From contig JAPPLG010000019.1 of assembly GCA_028819545.1 (NCBI GenBank), positions 2,494 to 66,493 of the forward strand: DNA of 64,000 bases, read 5' to 3'. Below, piece by piece: positions 53,019-61,390 of this stretch. Under the pieces are notes generated by a model that did no database searches, was not told where the DNA came from, and saw nothing but the letters and a program-made list of their open reading frames with translations. This DNA comes from Bdellovibrionales bacterium (GTDB taxonomy: Bacteria; Bdellovibrionota; Bdellovibrionia; Bdellovibrionales; UBA1609). The translations under genes and the position numbers were made by a program. Numbering within the stretch: position 1 is the first letter of the stretch; each line of letters begins with the position of its first letter.

Positions 53019-53260
53019 AATAAAAAGAAGTATGTGTCGTTTTTGCAAAAACAGACATTGATTTATTCAAGAAAGATAGATACTAACTTTTTAGAAATAA
53101 GTGAAAAATACATTAAAAAGGTATTTTTGAGCCTTTTTCAAAGTTCGATAACTTTGATATTTGTTGAAAACAGCAAAATATTCGCATTTTTGACTTTTAA
53201 ATGGTTTTTCATCTATTTAAGTAAAATTGAATGTTGAAAAAGTAAAAATATAAATATATT

Positions 53261-53358
53261 ATATTCTTATTTAAAGGCTAAAGGAAGAATAAGGATATTT
53301 ATATTCTTATTTAAAGACTAAGGTAAGAATAAGGATATTTATATTCTTTATTTAAAAT
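53261..53358. repeat. 2.5 tandem copies of a 40-bp unit, each junction forming an imperfect dyad (candidate operator or iterons upstream of fic)
   Basis: Units start at 53261, 53301 (37/40 identical) and 53341 (partial). The junction dyad AATAAGGATAT-TT-ATATTCTTATT (53288-53311) has 10/11 arm matches. A second, weaker dyad lies at 53328-53351. The array ends 38 bp before the fic ATG. Confidence 0.8.
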
Positions 53359-53395
53359 TACTACAAGCTTCATTTAAAACTGAGGACAAATTTTA

Positions 53396-54514
53396 ATGTT
53401 TATAGCTGGGAAATACAAACAACAGTTTAAATATAAAAGTTTTACTCCTTCTTTTATCAATAAACCTTATAATCTATTGGGTAATGACATTACTCTCTTA
53501 TTAGAAGAAGCGAGAGGTTATTTAGGAGAGTTGAATGCCTATGCAGCTCTTGTTCCTGATGTAGATTTTTTTATAAAAATGCACATTCAGAAAGAAGCTA
53601 CAACATCCAATAAAATTGAGGGAACAAAAACAGGAATTGATGATAATGTTTTACCAGAAGATGAGGTAAAACCAGAAAAACGTGATGATTGGGCTGAGGT
53701 TAAAAATTATGTAACAGCTATAAACTATGCTATTAAAGAACTTAATAATCTCCCTTTATCACTTAGACTCTTAAAAGAGACTCATAGATATTTATTATCT
53801 GGTGTAAGAGGAGAAAAAAAAACACCGGGGGAAATTAGACGTAGTCAGAATTGGATTGGTGGTTCCAGTTTAAAGGATGCTTTTTTTATTCCTCCTCATC
53901 ATGAAGATTTACCTGAATTATTAACAGATTTTGAAAAATTCTGGCATAATAGGAATTTAAATATCCCTGTTTTAATAAAAATAGCCATAAGCCATTATCA
54001 ATTTGAAACTATTCATCCTTTTTCAGATGGGAATGGACGTATAGGGCGATTACTTATTATATTGCAATTGATTGATGCCAATATTCTGGAAAAACCTTGT
54101 TTATATTTGTCTGATTTTTTTGAAAGAAATAAAGGCTCTTATTTCGATTCGTTAACTGTCGTCAGGAGTTCAAATAATTTAGATCAATGGATTAAGTTCT
54201 TTTTATCTGGTGTTATTGAGACAGCTAAAAGTGGTAAGGAAACTTTACAGTCTATTGTAAAACTGAGGGAAAGATATGAGAATAAAATTCTTACTCTTAA
54301 TAGAAGAGCTGAGTTTGGGAAAAAATTGTTGTTGTTTCTTTTTTCCAATCCAATTACTTCTGTTCCTCAAGCCTCTAAGTATTTAGGAATGGGACATGAT
54401 GCTACTGGTAGATTGATATATGCATTTCAGGATTTTGGTTTGTTAAAGGAATTAACAGGATTTTCTAGAAATAGATTATTTGTTTTACATGAATACTTAA
54501 ATTTATTTAGATAA
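53396..54514 (+). CDS. fic: Fic family protein (class II, with intramolecular inhibitory helix and C-terminal wHTH-like domain)
   Basis: 372 aa with the canonical Fic motif [13 protein letters not shown]-terminal inhibitory motif (S/T)xxxE(G/N) present as SNKIEG. The C-terminal segment [27 protein letters not shown] is wHTH-like. Confidence 0.9.
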   Translation: MFIAGKYKQQFKYKSFTPSFINKPYNLLGNDITLLLEEARGYLGELNAYAALVPDVDFFIKMHIQKEATTSNKIEGTKTGIDDNVLPEDEVKPEKRDDWAEVKNYVTAINYAIKELNNLPLSLRLLKETHRYLLSGVRGEKKTPGEIRRSQNWIGGSSLKDAFFIPPHHEDLPELLTDFEKFWHNRNLNIPVLIKIAISHYQFETIHPFSDGNGRIGRLLIILQLIDANILEKPCLYLSDFFERNKGSYFDSLTVVRSSNNLDQWIKFFLSGVIETAKSGKETLQSIVKLRERYENKILTLNRRAEFGKKLLLFLFSNPITSVPQASKYLGMGHDATGRLIYAFQDFGLLKELTGFSRNRLFVLHEYLNLFR

Positions 54515-54519
54515 AATCT

Positions 54520-55581
54520 TCACTTCAAATCTTCTGGTGTGAGGAGTAAGTGTGAGTTTTCTTCAATTGTAATGATCTTTTTCCCTTTGGCATTATTGCT
54601 TTTCCAAAATAACTGGTAGTTTCCTGGCTGTAAAGGGCCGGATTCAAAAGGGGTAAAGCCGGACTTATTGGAAATTTCAATATATAACCATTGATGGCTT
54701 CGAATATTAATGGAACCGAAATTTGGAGCTTGAAGCATTCCACTGCTTATAAAACTAAACATCAATAATCCCAGGCAAAATGCGATGAAAGAAGTTCTGC
54801 TTTCTTTACTTGGTTGGTTAAAAGATGTGGTTTGCTTAAATTCTTTAAAGGTTTCTTGATTTAAAATAGAATTCACTTTTTTTGCCAGTGTATCTTTAGC
54901 TTGTTTGTAATAAATGAACTCTTTGATTCTTCTGTTTTGAGGTAGAGGGTCTAGCAATGGATCCCCTTTTTTGGAAGAATCTTTTGTTGTATTTATATTT
55001 TCCAAGGTTTTTTCTAAAATACCCAGTGAAAATAAGTCAGATTCAAAACTTGGCTTTTCTCCTCTTAAAATTTCAGGAGCTGTAAAACCTGGAGTGTATG
55101 AAATATTTGACCCCAGGTAATTTGCTTTTCCAAAATCAATAAGACGAATATGACCTTTTCGGTCTATAAGTACATTGGATAAACTTAAATCCCCATGAAC
55201 CAAGCCTTGTTTATTTAAATCCATAAGGCCTTGTTGTATACGTAAACAAATTAATGAAATTTCAAAAGGATTTAAAGGTTTGGACTGTCTGATAAGCTGG
55301 AATAAATTGATGCCGTCAACCCATTCTAAAATTAGAGCGGGTCTATTTTCAATTTTTTCAAAACTTAAAACAGTGATACAATAAGGAGATCTTATTTGTA
55401 GAAGAGAATCCAACTCCAAGGGATAAGCTGGAGATAAATTCGTAAAAATTTTAAGCAGGACTTTTTGTCGAACCCATGGGTAATCTGAGTTTTTTCGATA
55501 AGCCATACAAACGGTGGTTCTTCCGTTGTCTGAAAGGACTTTTTGAATATTGTAAATAGAGGATTTAGAACGAAGCCTCAT
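54520..55581 (-). CDS. Hanks-type Ser/Thr protein kinase with one TM helix and a C-terminal PEGA-like domain
   Basis: 353 aa with catalytic loop HGDLSLSNVLI, DFG, TAPE and the VLLKIF lysine. TM segment FIAFCLGLLMFSFISSGML. The C-terminus GFTPFESGPLQPGNYQLFW fits the PEGA pattern. Its stop lies 5 bp from the fic stop (convergent). Confidence 0.85.
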   Translation of the reverse strand: MRLRSKSSIYNIQKVLSDNGRTTVCMAYRKNSDYPWVRQKVLLKIFTNLSPAYPLELDSLLQIRSPYCITVLSFEKIENRPALILEWVDGINLFQLIRQSKPLNPFEISLICLRIQQGLMDLNKQGLVHGDLSLSNVLIDRKGHIRLIDFGKANYLGSNISYTPGFTAPEILRGEKPSFESDLFSLGILEKTLENINTTKDSSKKGDPLLDPLPQNRRIKEFIYYKQAKDTLAKKVNSILNQETFKEFKQTTSFNQPSKESRTSFIAFCLGLLMFSFISSGMLQAPNFGSINIRSHQWLYIEISNKSGFTPFESGPLQPGNYQLFWKSNNAKGKKIITIEENSHLLLTPEDLK

Positions 55582-55669
55582 TAGGAGTATTTTTAAATAG
55601 GAATGACATAATAAGTCAAACTGATTTAAAAGAATGAAAATTTTTCAAACAATTCTAATATTTTCATAT

Positions 55670-56059
55670 TTAAAGAGATTTAAGAAATTGTTCTATAGCT
55701 GAATCTTGTTGTTGATATTGTAAAATTTTTTCTTTTTCTCTTAAATTTTTCAAATATTGGGAGCTTATCCTTTGATTTTTCAATAAATCAGAAATTTCTT
55801 GAAGTTTTATGGACTCTAATGGAACTTCTGAACACTTTTTATCTAAATATTGTTTTAAATTTTCAGGTAAATCACTGATTTGATAACAAGCCGATGGAAT
55901 TTTATTTTTTTTCAATTGCTGTCGGCAAAGGTAAATTATCTTTCTTTCTTCTACTTTATTTTGTTTTATTTGATCTATTTTTTGAATAGATGGGGCCTTT
56001 AGAAAATTCTCGGACAAACCAAGTATTAATAATGAAGGTATGAGAAATTTTGTCATCAT
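55670..56059 (-). CDS. hypothetical secreted protein (129 aa)
   Basis: N-terminal hydrophobic signal MMTKFLIPSLLILGLS. Lys/Gln-rich with 3 Cys. Same strand as, and between, the T2SSF-like genes and the kinase. Confidence 0.45.
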   Translation of the reverse strand: MMTKFLIPSLLILGLSENFLKAPSIQKIDQIKQNKVEERKIIYLCRQQLKKNKIPSACYQISDLPENLKQYLDKKCSEVPLESIKLQEISDLLKNQRISSQYLKNLREKEKILQYQQQDSAIEQFLKSL

Positions 56060-56187
56060 TTAAGGTATTTGCAAGAAATGTGACTGCTTTTCAGATGAAT
56101 CCAAAAAAGGCCATACAAATAGACAAGTTGTTTATAAACCCAGTAATTTCAAATATTTATTAAAATAATAAATATTTATTCCAACAA

Positions 56188-56622
56188 TTAGTAATGCAGT
56201 TCACTTAACAATTTGGACAGTAATGGCCCAAAAATGAGCAGTAAAAAGGCTGGTAATTGTAAAAAGAGAAGAGGCATCATTAGAATAAAAGGCAGTTTTT
56301 GCAGTTGGTTGTCTAAATCTCTATGAGAAGCTGTGATCATTTCATTTTCCAGGATTTCCAAAGATTTGAGTATTTGTTCCCCTTCTAAACCTTGTGTAAG
56401 AATTTCGACTAGCATTTTTCTAAAAGGATGAGTGAATATTTTGGGGCTTATTTCATTATTTTCGGATTCCATTTGAAACAGCCATAAACTTAAATCTTGA
56501 GCAAAACTGCAATCTAAAGCTTCTTTCACATATTCTCGAATGGATTCACGTGTAGAAATTCCTGATTGAATTTTAAGCTTGATACTCAGTAAAGCTCGAA
56601 GCGGTGGAGCTAAAGAGTCCAT
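56188..56622 (-). CDS. T2SSF-domain protein, short TadC-like
   Basis: Internal start MDSLAPP (56622) preferred. LRALLSIKLKIQSGISTRESI and the C-terminal ..QLQKLPFILMMPLLFLQLPAFLLLIFGPLL match the GspF/TadB/TadC (T2SSF) domain pattern. Confidence 0.55.
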   Translation of the reverse strand: MDSLAPPLRALLSIKLKIQSGISTRESIREYVKEALDCSFAQDLSLWLFQMESENNEISPKIFTHPFRKMLVEILTQGLEGEQILKSLEILENEMITASHRDLDNQLQKLPFILMMPLLFLQLPAFLLLIFGPLLSKLLSELHY

Positions 56623-57341
56623 CGAATTTTTCTCCCTAAAATAAAGATTAAGGCAGATCCAGTGATAAAAAGACATAAAGAAACAAGCATTAAAGTTAAA
56701 AATTGCGCTTTGTGGTACCAAATGACAAAAATAAACAAAGCCAGATAGAGAATGCTCATAATTGCAGACTGCAGGCGGACTTGTAATAAAGCTTGATGGG
56801 ATTTTTTACGGAATAAATCTTCGATTTTCATAGCTTCTCGAATATAATGTAATCGAGTTAAAGGTTGTGGGTCTTTATCAACTTGTTTAAAAGTTTTAAA
56901 AGCAAATAAAAACTCTTTTGCTTGATGTAATTTGATGTCTTGAGAATAAACTATACGGTCCCTCAGCTCCTTTAAGTCCTCTTTGACCCACTTTGAATCT
57001 ATCGATTCAATTCCTTGATTAAGGGCTTCACGGAAACTATTGCCCATTTTCATTCGTGCAATGGTGAAATCCAGTAAAGATAAAAATTGTTTTTGAAAAT
57101 AATCCAGTCTTTTGTAACTCCAGAAGTATTCTATTGTGACAAAAATAAAAATGGGAATGTAAATACTAAAAACAAGAGGTAATGTGCCCAAAGGCAAAGC
57201 CAGTAAAATAATGACTAAATAGCTGAAAATACAAGATTTAATTGCAAACTCTGAAAATACTTTTTGAGATCGATCAGTATAAGTTTGATAGGCAAACCAT
57301 AATCCAAAGAGTAAATGTAAAGATAAAATGATAAGGGTCAT
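56610..57341 (-). CDS. T2SSF-domain membrane protein, TadB-like
   Basis: 243 aa with N-terminal TM helices, a cytoplasmic block FLSLLDFTIARMKMGNSFREALNQ, and two C-terminal TM helices. Confidence 0.55.
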   Translation of the reverse strand: MTLIILSLHLLFGLWFAYQTYTDRSQKVFSEFAIKSCIFSYLVIILLALPLGTLPLVFSIYIPIFIFVTIEYFWSYKRLDYFQKQFLSLLDFTIARMKMGNSFREALNQGIESIDSKWVKEDLKELRDRIVYSQDIKLHQAKEFLFAFKTFKQVDKDPQPLTRLHYIREAMKIEDLFRKKSHQALLQVRLQSAIMSILYLALFIFVIWYHKAQFLTLMLVSLCLFITGSALIFILGRKIRWTL

Positions 57342-57459
57342 AACACCCCTTATACATTTTTATTTTGTAAATTTTTAGATTTAAAAAAAAATATTTGACG
57401 ATAATCACAATAAAAAGGCAGACTTAATAAATATAGGAATCTTCAACAGGGAGGAAATC

Positions 57460-57789
57460 ATGGCTGTGAAGAAAAAAGCAAGTAAAAAGAAGAAATCCGG
57501 TGCGAAGAAGAAAAAGAAAGTAGTAAGAAAGAAAAAGGCCGGCGCTAAAAAGAAGAAAGTAGCGAAAAAGAGAAAAGCCGGCGCTAAAAAGAAGAAAGTC
57601 GCAAAAAAGAGAAAGGCTGGCGGTAAAAAGAAGAAAGTAGCGAAAAAGAAGAAGTCCGGTGCGAAGAAGAAAAAGAAAGTAGTAAGAAAGAAAAAAGCTG
57701 GTGCTAAAAAGAAGAAAGTAGCGAAGAAGAAAAAGGCCGGCGGTAAAAAGAAAAAGTCTGTAAAACGTAAGAAGCGTTCAAAAAAATAA
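57460..57789 (+). CDS. lysine-rich histone-H1-like / Hc-type nucleoid protein
   Basis: 109 aa, made almost only of K, A, G, V and R. Repeats of KKAGAKKKKVAKK(R/K), and a longer unit SGAKKKKKVVRKKKAGAKKKKVAKK occurs twice. The DNA shows matching 42-bp periodicity. GGAGG Shine-Dalgarno 6 nt upstream. Confidence 0.8.
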   Translation: MAVKKKASKKKKSGAKKKKKVVRKKKAGAKKKKVAKKRKAGAKKKKVAKKRKAGGKKKKVAKKKKSGAKKKKKVVRKKKAGAKKKKVAKKKKAGGKKKKSVKRKKRSKK

Positions 57790-57811
57790 TTTATTAAGAT
57801 CTTTCCTTGTC

Positions 57812-57841
57812 ATCTCACTTCTTAAGGTTAGGGAGTGAGAT
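57812..57841 (+). terminator. hairpin downstream of the H1-like gene (possible terminator, no U-tract)
   Basis: ATCTCACT (57812-57819) / AGTGAGAT (57834-57841), an 8-bp perfect stem with a 14-nt loop. Confidence 0.35.
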
Positions 57842-57926
57842 ACAGGGGATATCTAAAAAGTCTTTGACTAATATCTGGTCACAAAGATAGGCTTAGTTTC
57901 TTAAAAATCGGATATTTAATAAAATT

Positions 57927-58865
57927 ATGAAAAGAAAGAAAATTTCCATTATTGGTGCAGGTTTTGTAGGTTCTACAGCCGCACACTGGCTGGCGATTCA
58001 AGGGCTTTTTGATGTGGTGCTTCTGGATATTGAAGAAGGGCCGGCTCAGGGCAAAGCTTTGGACTTGTCTCAGTCTATGGCTATAGAAGGTGTGGATGTA
58101 CAAATTCAAGGAACAAAAAATTACTTGGATACCAAAGACTCTGATCTTGTTGTTATTACAGCAGGTTCTCCACGAAAAGAAGGTATGAGCCGTGACGATC
58201 TTTTGCAAATTAATGCAAAAGTTATGACTTCTGTATGTGAACAAATAAAGAAATTTTCCCCATCTGCTTTTGTTATTGTAGTCTCCAACCCATTGGATAT
58301 TATGACTTATCAGGCAAAAAGAGTATTAAACTTCCAAAAACAAAAAGTGATAGGCATGGCTGGTATTTTGGATACAGCTAGATTTAGGACTTTTATTTCC
58401 AGAGAATTAAATATTAGTGTGAAGGATGTGCAGACAATGGTGTTAGGTGGACATGGAGATACAATGGTTCCTGTTTTAAGCCAAACTTTTGTAGGGGGTC
58501 AGTTGATTTCAACATTAATTTCTGAGTCTCGAATAGAAGCTTTAGTTCAAAGGACGAAAAAAGGTGGTGGAGAAATTGTAAAACTCTTGCAAAAAGGATC
58601 AGCTTATTTTGCCCCTTCCAGAGGAGTTTTGGAAATGGTTCAGGCGATCTTACAGGATCAAAAAAGGATTCTTCCCTGCACAGTCTATTTGGAAGGAGAA
58701 TACGGATATAAAGATATTTATATAGGTGTGCCTTGTCAGCTTGGGGGAGCCGGAGTGGAAAAAGTGATAGAAATATCATTAACAGATAAAGAAAAGGAAG
58801 ATTTTCAAAAATCGGCTCAAGCTATTCAACAAGGTCAAACTCTTTTGAAAGAGATTTGTCCATGA
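57927..58865 (+). CDS. mdh: malate dehydrogenase (LDH-like family)
   Basis: 312 aa with ISIIGAGFVGST, VVITAGSPRKEGMSRDDLL and GGHGDTMVP. Confidence 0.93.
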   Translation: MKRKKISIIGAGFVGSTAAHWLAIQGLFDVVLLDIEEGPAQGKALDLSQSMAIEGVDVQIQGTKNYLDTKDSDLVVITAGSPRKEGMSRDDLLQINAKVMTSVCEQIKKFSPSAFVIVVSNPLDIMTYQAKRVLNFQKQKVIGMAGILDTARFRTFISRELNISVKDVQTMVLGGHGDTMVPVLSQTFVGGQLISTLISESRIEALVQRTKKGGGEIVKLLQKGSAYFAPSRGVLEMVQAILQDQKRILPCTVYLEGEYGYKDIYIGVPCQLGGAGVEKVIEISLTDKEKEDFQKSAQAIQQGQTLLKEICP

Positions 58866-60022
58866 ATATTCATGAATTTCAAGCGAAAGCTCTTCTCAAA
58901 AAATATGGTATCCCTATTTTAGAATCTTGCATAGCTCACTCTTCTGAAGAGGCTGTTAAAGCGGCTCAGGATTTGGGAGGAAGCTCTTGGGTGTTAAAAG
59001 CGCAGGTGCATGCAGGAGGCAGGGGAAAAGGCGGAGGAATTAAAATTGCAAAATCTCTGGATGAAGTAAAAATTTTGAGCCAAAAAATGATTGGTATGAA
59101 TTTAATAACTCCACAAACAGGAAAAACAGGTGAAAAGGTTCATCGTATTTTGGTAGAAAAAACAGCAGAAATAGATAAAGAGTTTTATTTGGCTCTATTA
59201 GTTAATAGAAGCACCTCTAAAGTGAGTGTTATTGTTAGTGATCAAGGTGGTATGGATATTGAGGAGACAGCTCGAAAGTTTCCGGATAAAATTGTTCGTG
59301 TTAATATTCATCCTATCACAGGTCTATGCTCTTTTCAAAAAAGGGCCTGTGCAGATCTCTTAGGCCTTAATAAAAAGACAGAAGGAGAATTTTTTAAGAT
59401 TATAGAAACTTTTTACTCTCTTTTTTTAAAAGAAGATTTGTCGTTGTTGGAAGTTAATCCATTTGTTCTTACTAAAGATGAAAAACTTTGTCCTTTAGAC
59501 GCTAAAGTCAGTTTGGACTCTAATGCGGGATATAGACATCCTCATTGGTCTGAATATGTTTTGGAAGAGGAGTTGAATACGCCCTCTGCACAAGCCCAAC
59601 TTCAGGGGTTTTCTTTTGTACCTCTGGATGGATATATTGGATGTATGGTCAATGGAGCTGGTTTAGCTATGGCTACAATGGATATGATTCAGCTTTGTGG
59701 AGGAATGCCTGCAAACTTTTTGGATGTAGGAGGGGACGCTGATGCAAAACGTATTCAGACAGCTTTTCAATTTATTTTAAAAGATCCAAAAGTACGAGGT
59801 GTTTTGGTCAACATCTTTGGAGGTATTGTCCGCTGTGATCTTATTGCTGAAGGAATTATTCAGGCTGTTAGTAATTTAGATATGAAGATTCCTTTGGTTG
59901 TAAGGCTGGAGGGTAATTCTGCAGATGAGGCTAAAGCACTTCTTCAAAAAACAAATTTAAATATCACTTCAGCACGTGGATTAAAAGAAGCAACTGAGCA
60001 AATTATTTCTTTAACAACTTAA
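58862..60022 (+). CDS. sucC: succinate--CoA ligase (ADP-forming) beta subunit
   Basis: MNIHEFQAKALLKKYGIP..., AQVHAGGRGKGGG and GCMVNGAGLAMATMD. Start taken at 58862 (ATGA overlap with the mdh stop). Confidence 0.95.
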   Translation: MNIHEFQAKALLKKYGIPILESCIAHSSEEAVKAAQDLGGSSWVLKAQVHAGGRGKGGGIKIAKSLDEVKILSQKMIGMNLITPQTGKTGEKVHRILVEKTAEIDKEFYLALLVNRSTSKVSVIVSDQGGMDIEETARKFPDKIVRVNIHPITGLCSFQKRACADLLGLNKKTEGEFFKIIETFYSLFLKEDLSLLEVNPFVLTKDEKLCPLDAKVSLDSNAGYRHPHWSEYVLEEELNTPSAQAQLQGFSFVPLDGYIGCMVNGAGLAMATMDMIQLCGGMPANFLDVGGDADAKRIQTAFQFILKDPKVRGVLVNIFGGIVRCDLIAEGIIQAVSNLDMKIPLVVRLEGNSADEAKALLQKTNLNITSARGLKEATEQIISLTT

Positions 60023-60034
60023 AAAGAGAAAATC

Positions 60035-60907
60035 ATGTCTATATTAGTAAACAAGAATACAAAAGTGATTTGTCAGGGTTTTACAGGCCGTCAGGGGACG
60101 TTTCATTCCAAGGGGGCTTTGGAATATGGGACTCAATTGGTTGGCGGTGTTACTCCTAAAAAAGGCGGCACCACTCACCTGGGGCTTCCCGTATTTAATA
60201 CTGTGTATGAGGCGGTTCAAAAAACGGGAGCTAACGCTTCGATGATCTACGTTCCCCCTCCTTTTGCCAAAGATGCTATTTTAGAGGCAATAGATGCAAA
60301 AATTGAAAATATTATTTGTATTACGGAAGGTATACCTGTCTTGGATATGCTTCAGGTCAAACATGTTTTATCTCAAAGTCAGAGCCGTTTGATCGGGCCG
60401 AACTGTCCGGGGGTAATTACTCCGGGTGAATGTAAAATTGGCATTATGCCAGGATATATTCACAAATCGGGGGGTGTAGGGGTTTTATCTCGTTCAGGAA
60501 CCTTAACCTATGAAGCTGTTTGGCAGTTAACCTGTTTAAAATTGGGACAAAGCACATGTGTTGGTATTGGGGGGGATCCTATTGCAGGCAGTGACTTTAT
60601 TTCTATACTCAAGCTCTTTAATCAAGATGAAAAAACCAAAGCTGTGGTTATGATTGGAGAAATTGGAGGTTCTGCAGAAGAAGAAGCCGCTTTGTATATT
60701 CAAAAAGAATTTAATAAGCCTGTTATTGCTTTTATTGCAGGAATAAGCGCTCCTGAAGGAAAAAGAATGGGACATGCCGGGGCTATTGTGAGTGGCGGTG
60801 AAGGCACGGCGCGTGCTAAACTGGATGCTCTTAAAAAAGCAGGTTGCCACATTGTGCAGTCCCCTACAGAAATTGGGCAGAAAACTTTTCAAATTCTCAG
60901 TACTTAG
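60035..60907 (+). CDS. sucD: succinate--CoA ligase alpha subunit
   Basis: 290 aa with [43 protein letters not shown] and [11 protein letters not shown] (phospho-His). Confidence 0.95.
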   Translation: MSILVNKNTKVICQGFTGRQGTFHSKGALEYGTQLVGGVTPKKGGTTHLGLPVFNTVYEAVQKTGANASMIYVPPPFAKDAILEAIDAKIENIICITEGIPVLDMLQVKHVLSQSQSRLIGPNCPGVITPGECKIGIMPGYIHKSGGVGVLSRSGTLTYEAVWQLTCLKLGQSTCVGIGGDPIAGSDFISILKLFNQDEKTKAVVMIGEIGGSAEEEAALYIQKEFNKPVIAFIAGISAPEGKRMGHAGAIVSGGEGTARAKLDALKKAGCHIVQSPTEIGQKTFQILST

Positions 60908-60973
60908 AATTTGATTCCGCTCTCATTTTCACATATAAAAAATTATCATTAACTCTTTGTCAGAGGTGTTTTT

Positions 60974-61390
60974 ATGGCTGTTGAAGTGACCTTTTGTATG
61001 ATTAAACCTAATTCAGTAAAAAATAAAAATGTTGGTGCTATTTTAAGTCACCTGGAAAAAGAAGGTTTTTGTTTTTTAAAAATTCAACAAATGAAGCTGA
61101 CTCCTTCTTTTTGTAAAAGTTTTTATCAAGAACATAAAGATAGAGAGTTTTTCTCTGCTCTTATTGACTTTATAACTTCAGGCCCTGTTTTAGCTTTAGC
61201 CCTTAGTCGGGAAAATGCTTGTATGCATCTGAGGGAGGTCATGGGAGCTACAGATCCTGCAAAAGCCAAGCCTTCAACAATTAGATCTTTGTTTGGTCAA
61301 AATGTAGAACAAAATGCTATTCATGGGAGTGATTCTTTGCAAAGTGCTTCTCGTGAGTTGGCTTTATTTTTCCCAGAGGAGAAATTTTGA
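60974..61390 (+). CDS. ndk: nucleoside-diphosphate kinase
   Basis: 138 aa with TFCMIKPN, GATDPAKA and NAIHGSDS (active-site His). Confidence 0.93.
   Translation: MAVEVTFCMIKPNSVKNKNVGAILSHLEKEGFCFLKIQQMKLTPSFCKSFYQEHKDREFFSALIDFITSGPVLALALSRENACMHLREVMGATDPAKAKPSTIRSLFGQNVEQNAIHGSDSLQSASRELALFFPEEKF

Noticed and set aside
53034-53237. 67-aa ORF upstream of fic as a VbhA-like antitoxin
   Set aside because: It lacks the (S/T)xxxE(G/N) inhibitory motif; the closest matches (TNFLEI, LIFVEN) do not fit. The Fic protein carries its own N-terminal SNKIEG motif (class II), and the ORF is hydrophobic and low-complexity.
53150-53245. TGTTGAAAA motif shared between the fic upstream region and the 14-mer repeats in the dnaA-dnaN spacer
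   Set aside because: The same 9-mer also occurs inside rpoD (about 49742), rpsU (about 46908) and the TPR gene (about 62094). It is a common AT-rich word, not a specific link.
53261-53358. CRISPR array
   Set aside because: The repeats are directly abutting with no spacers, there are only 2.5 copies, and no cas genes are in the window.
57342-57360. Possible right-hand att copy (ACACCCCTTATACATTT resembles CAGCCCCTACATTT) at the far end of the islet
   Set aside because: Only about 11 matching bases with a 3-nt indel and a mismatch, which is within chance expectation for 64 kb of AT-rich DNA. Noted only because of its position.
57879-58244. 121-aa antisense ORF overlapping mdh. Similar antisense or alternate-frame ORFs occur at 1422-1706, 4023-4392, 5421-5910, 9045-9356, 21383-21811, 45785-46069, 49488-49814 and 60536-60892.
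   Set aside because: All lie inside strongly supported conserved genes. They have Phe/Lys/Ile-rich, low-complexity translations typical of AT-rich shadow frames.
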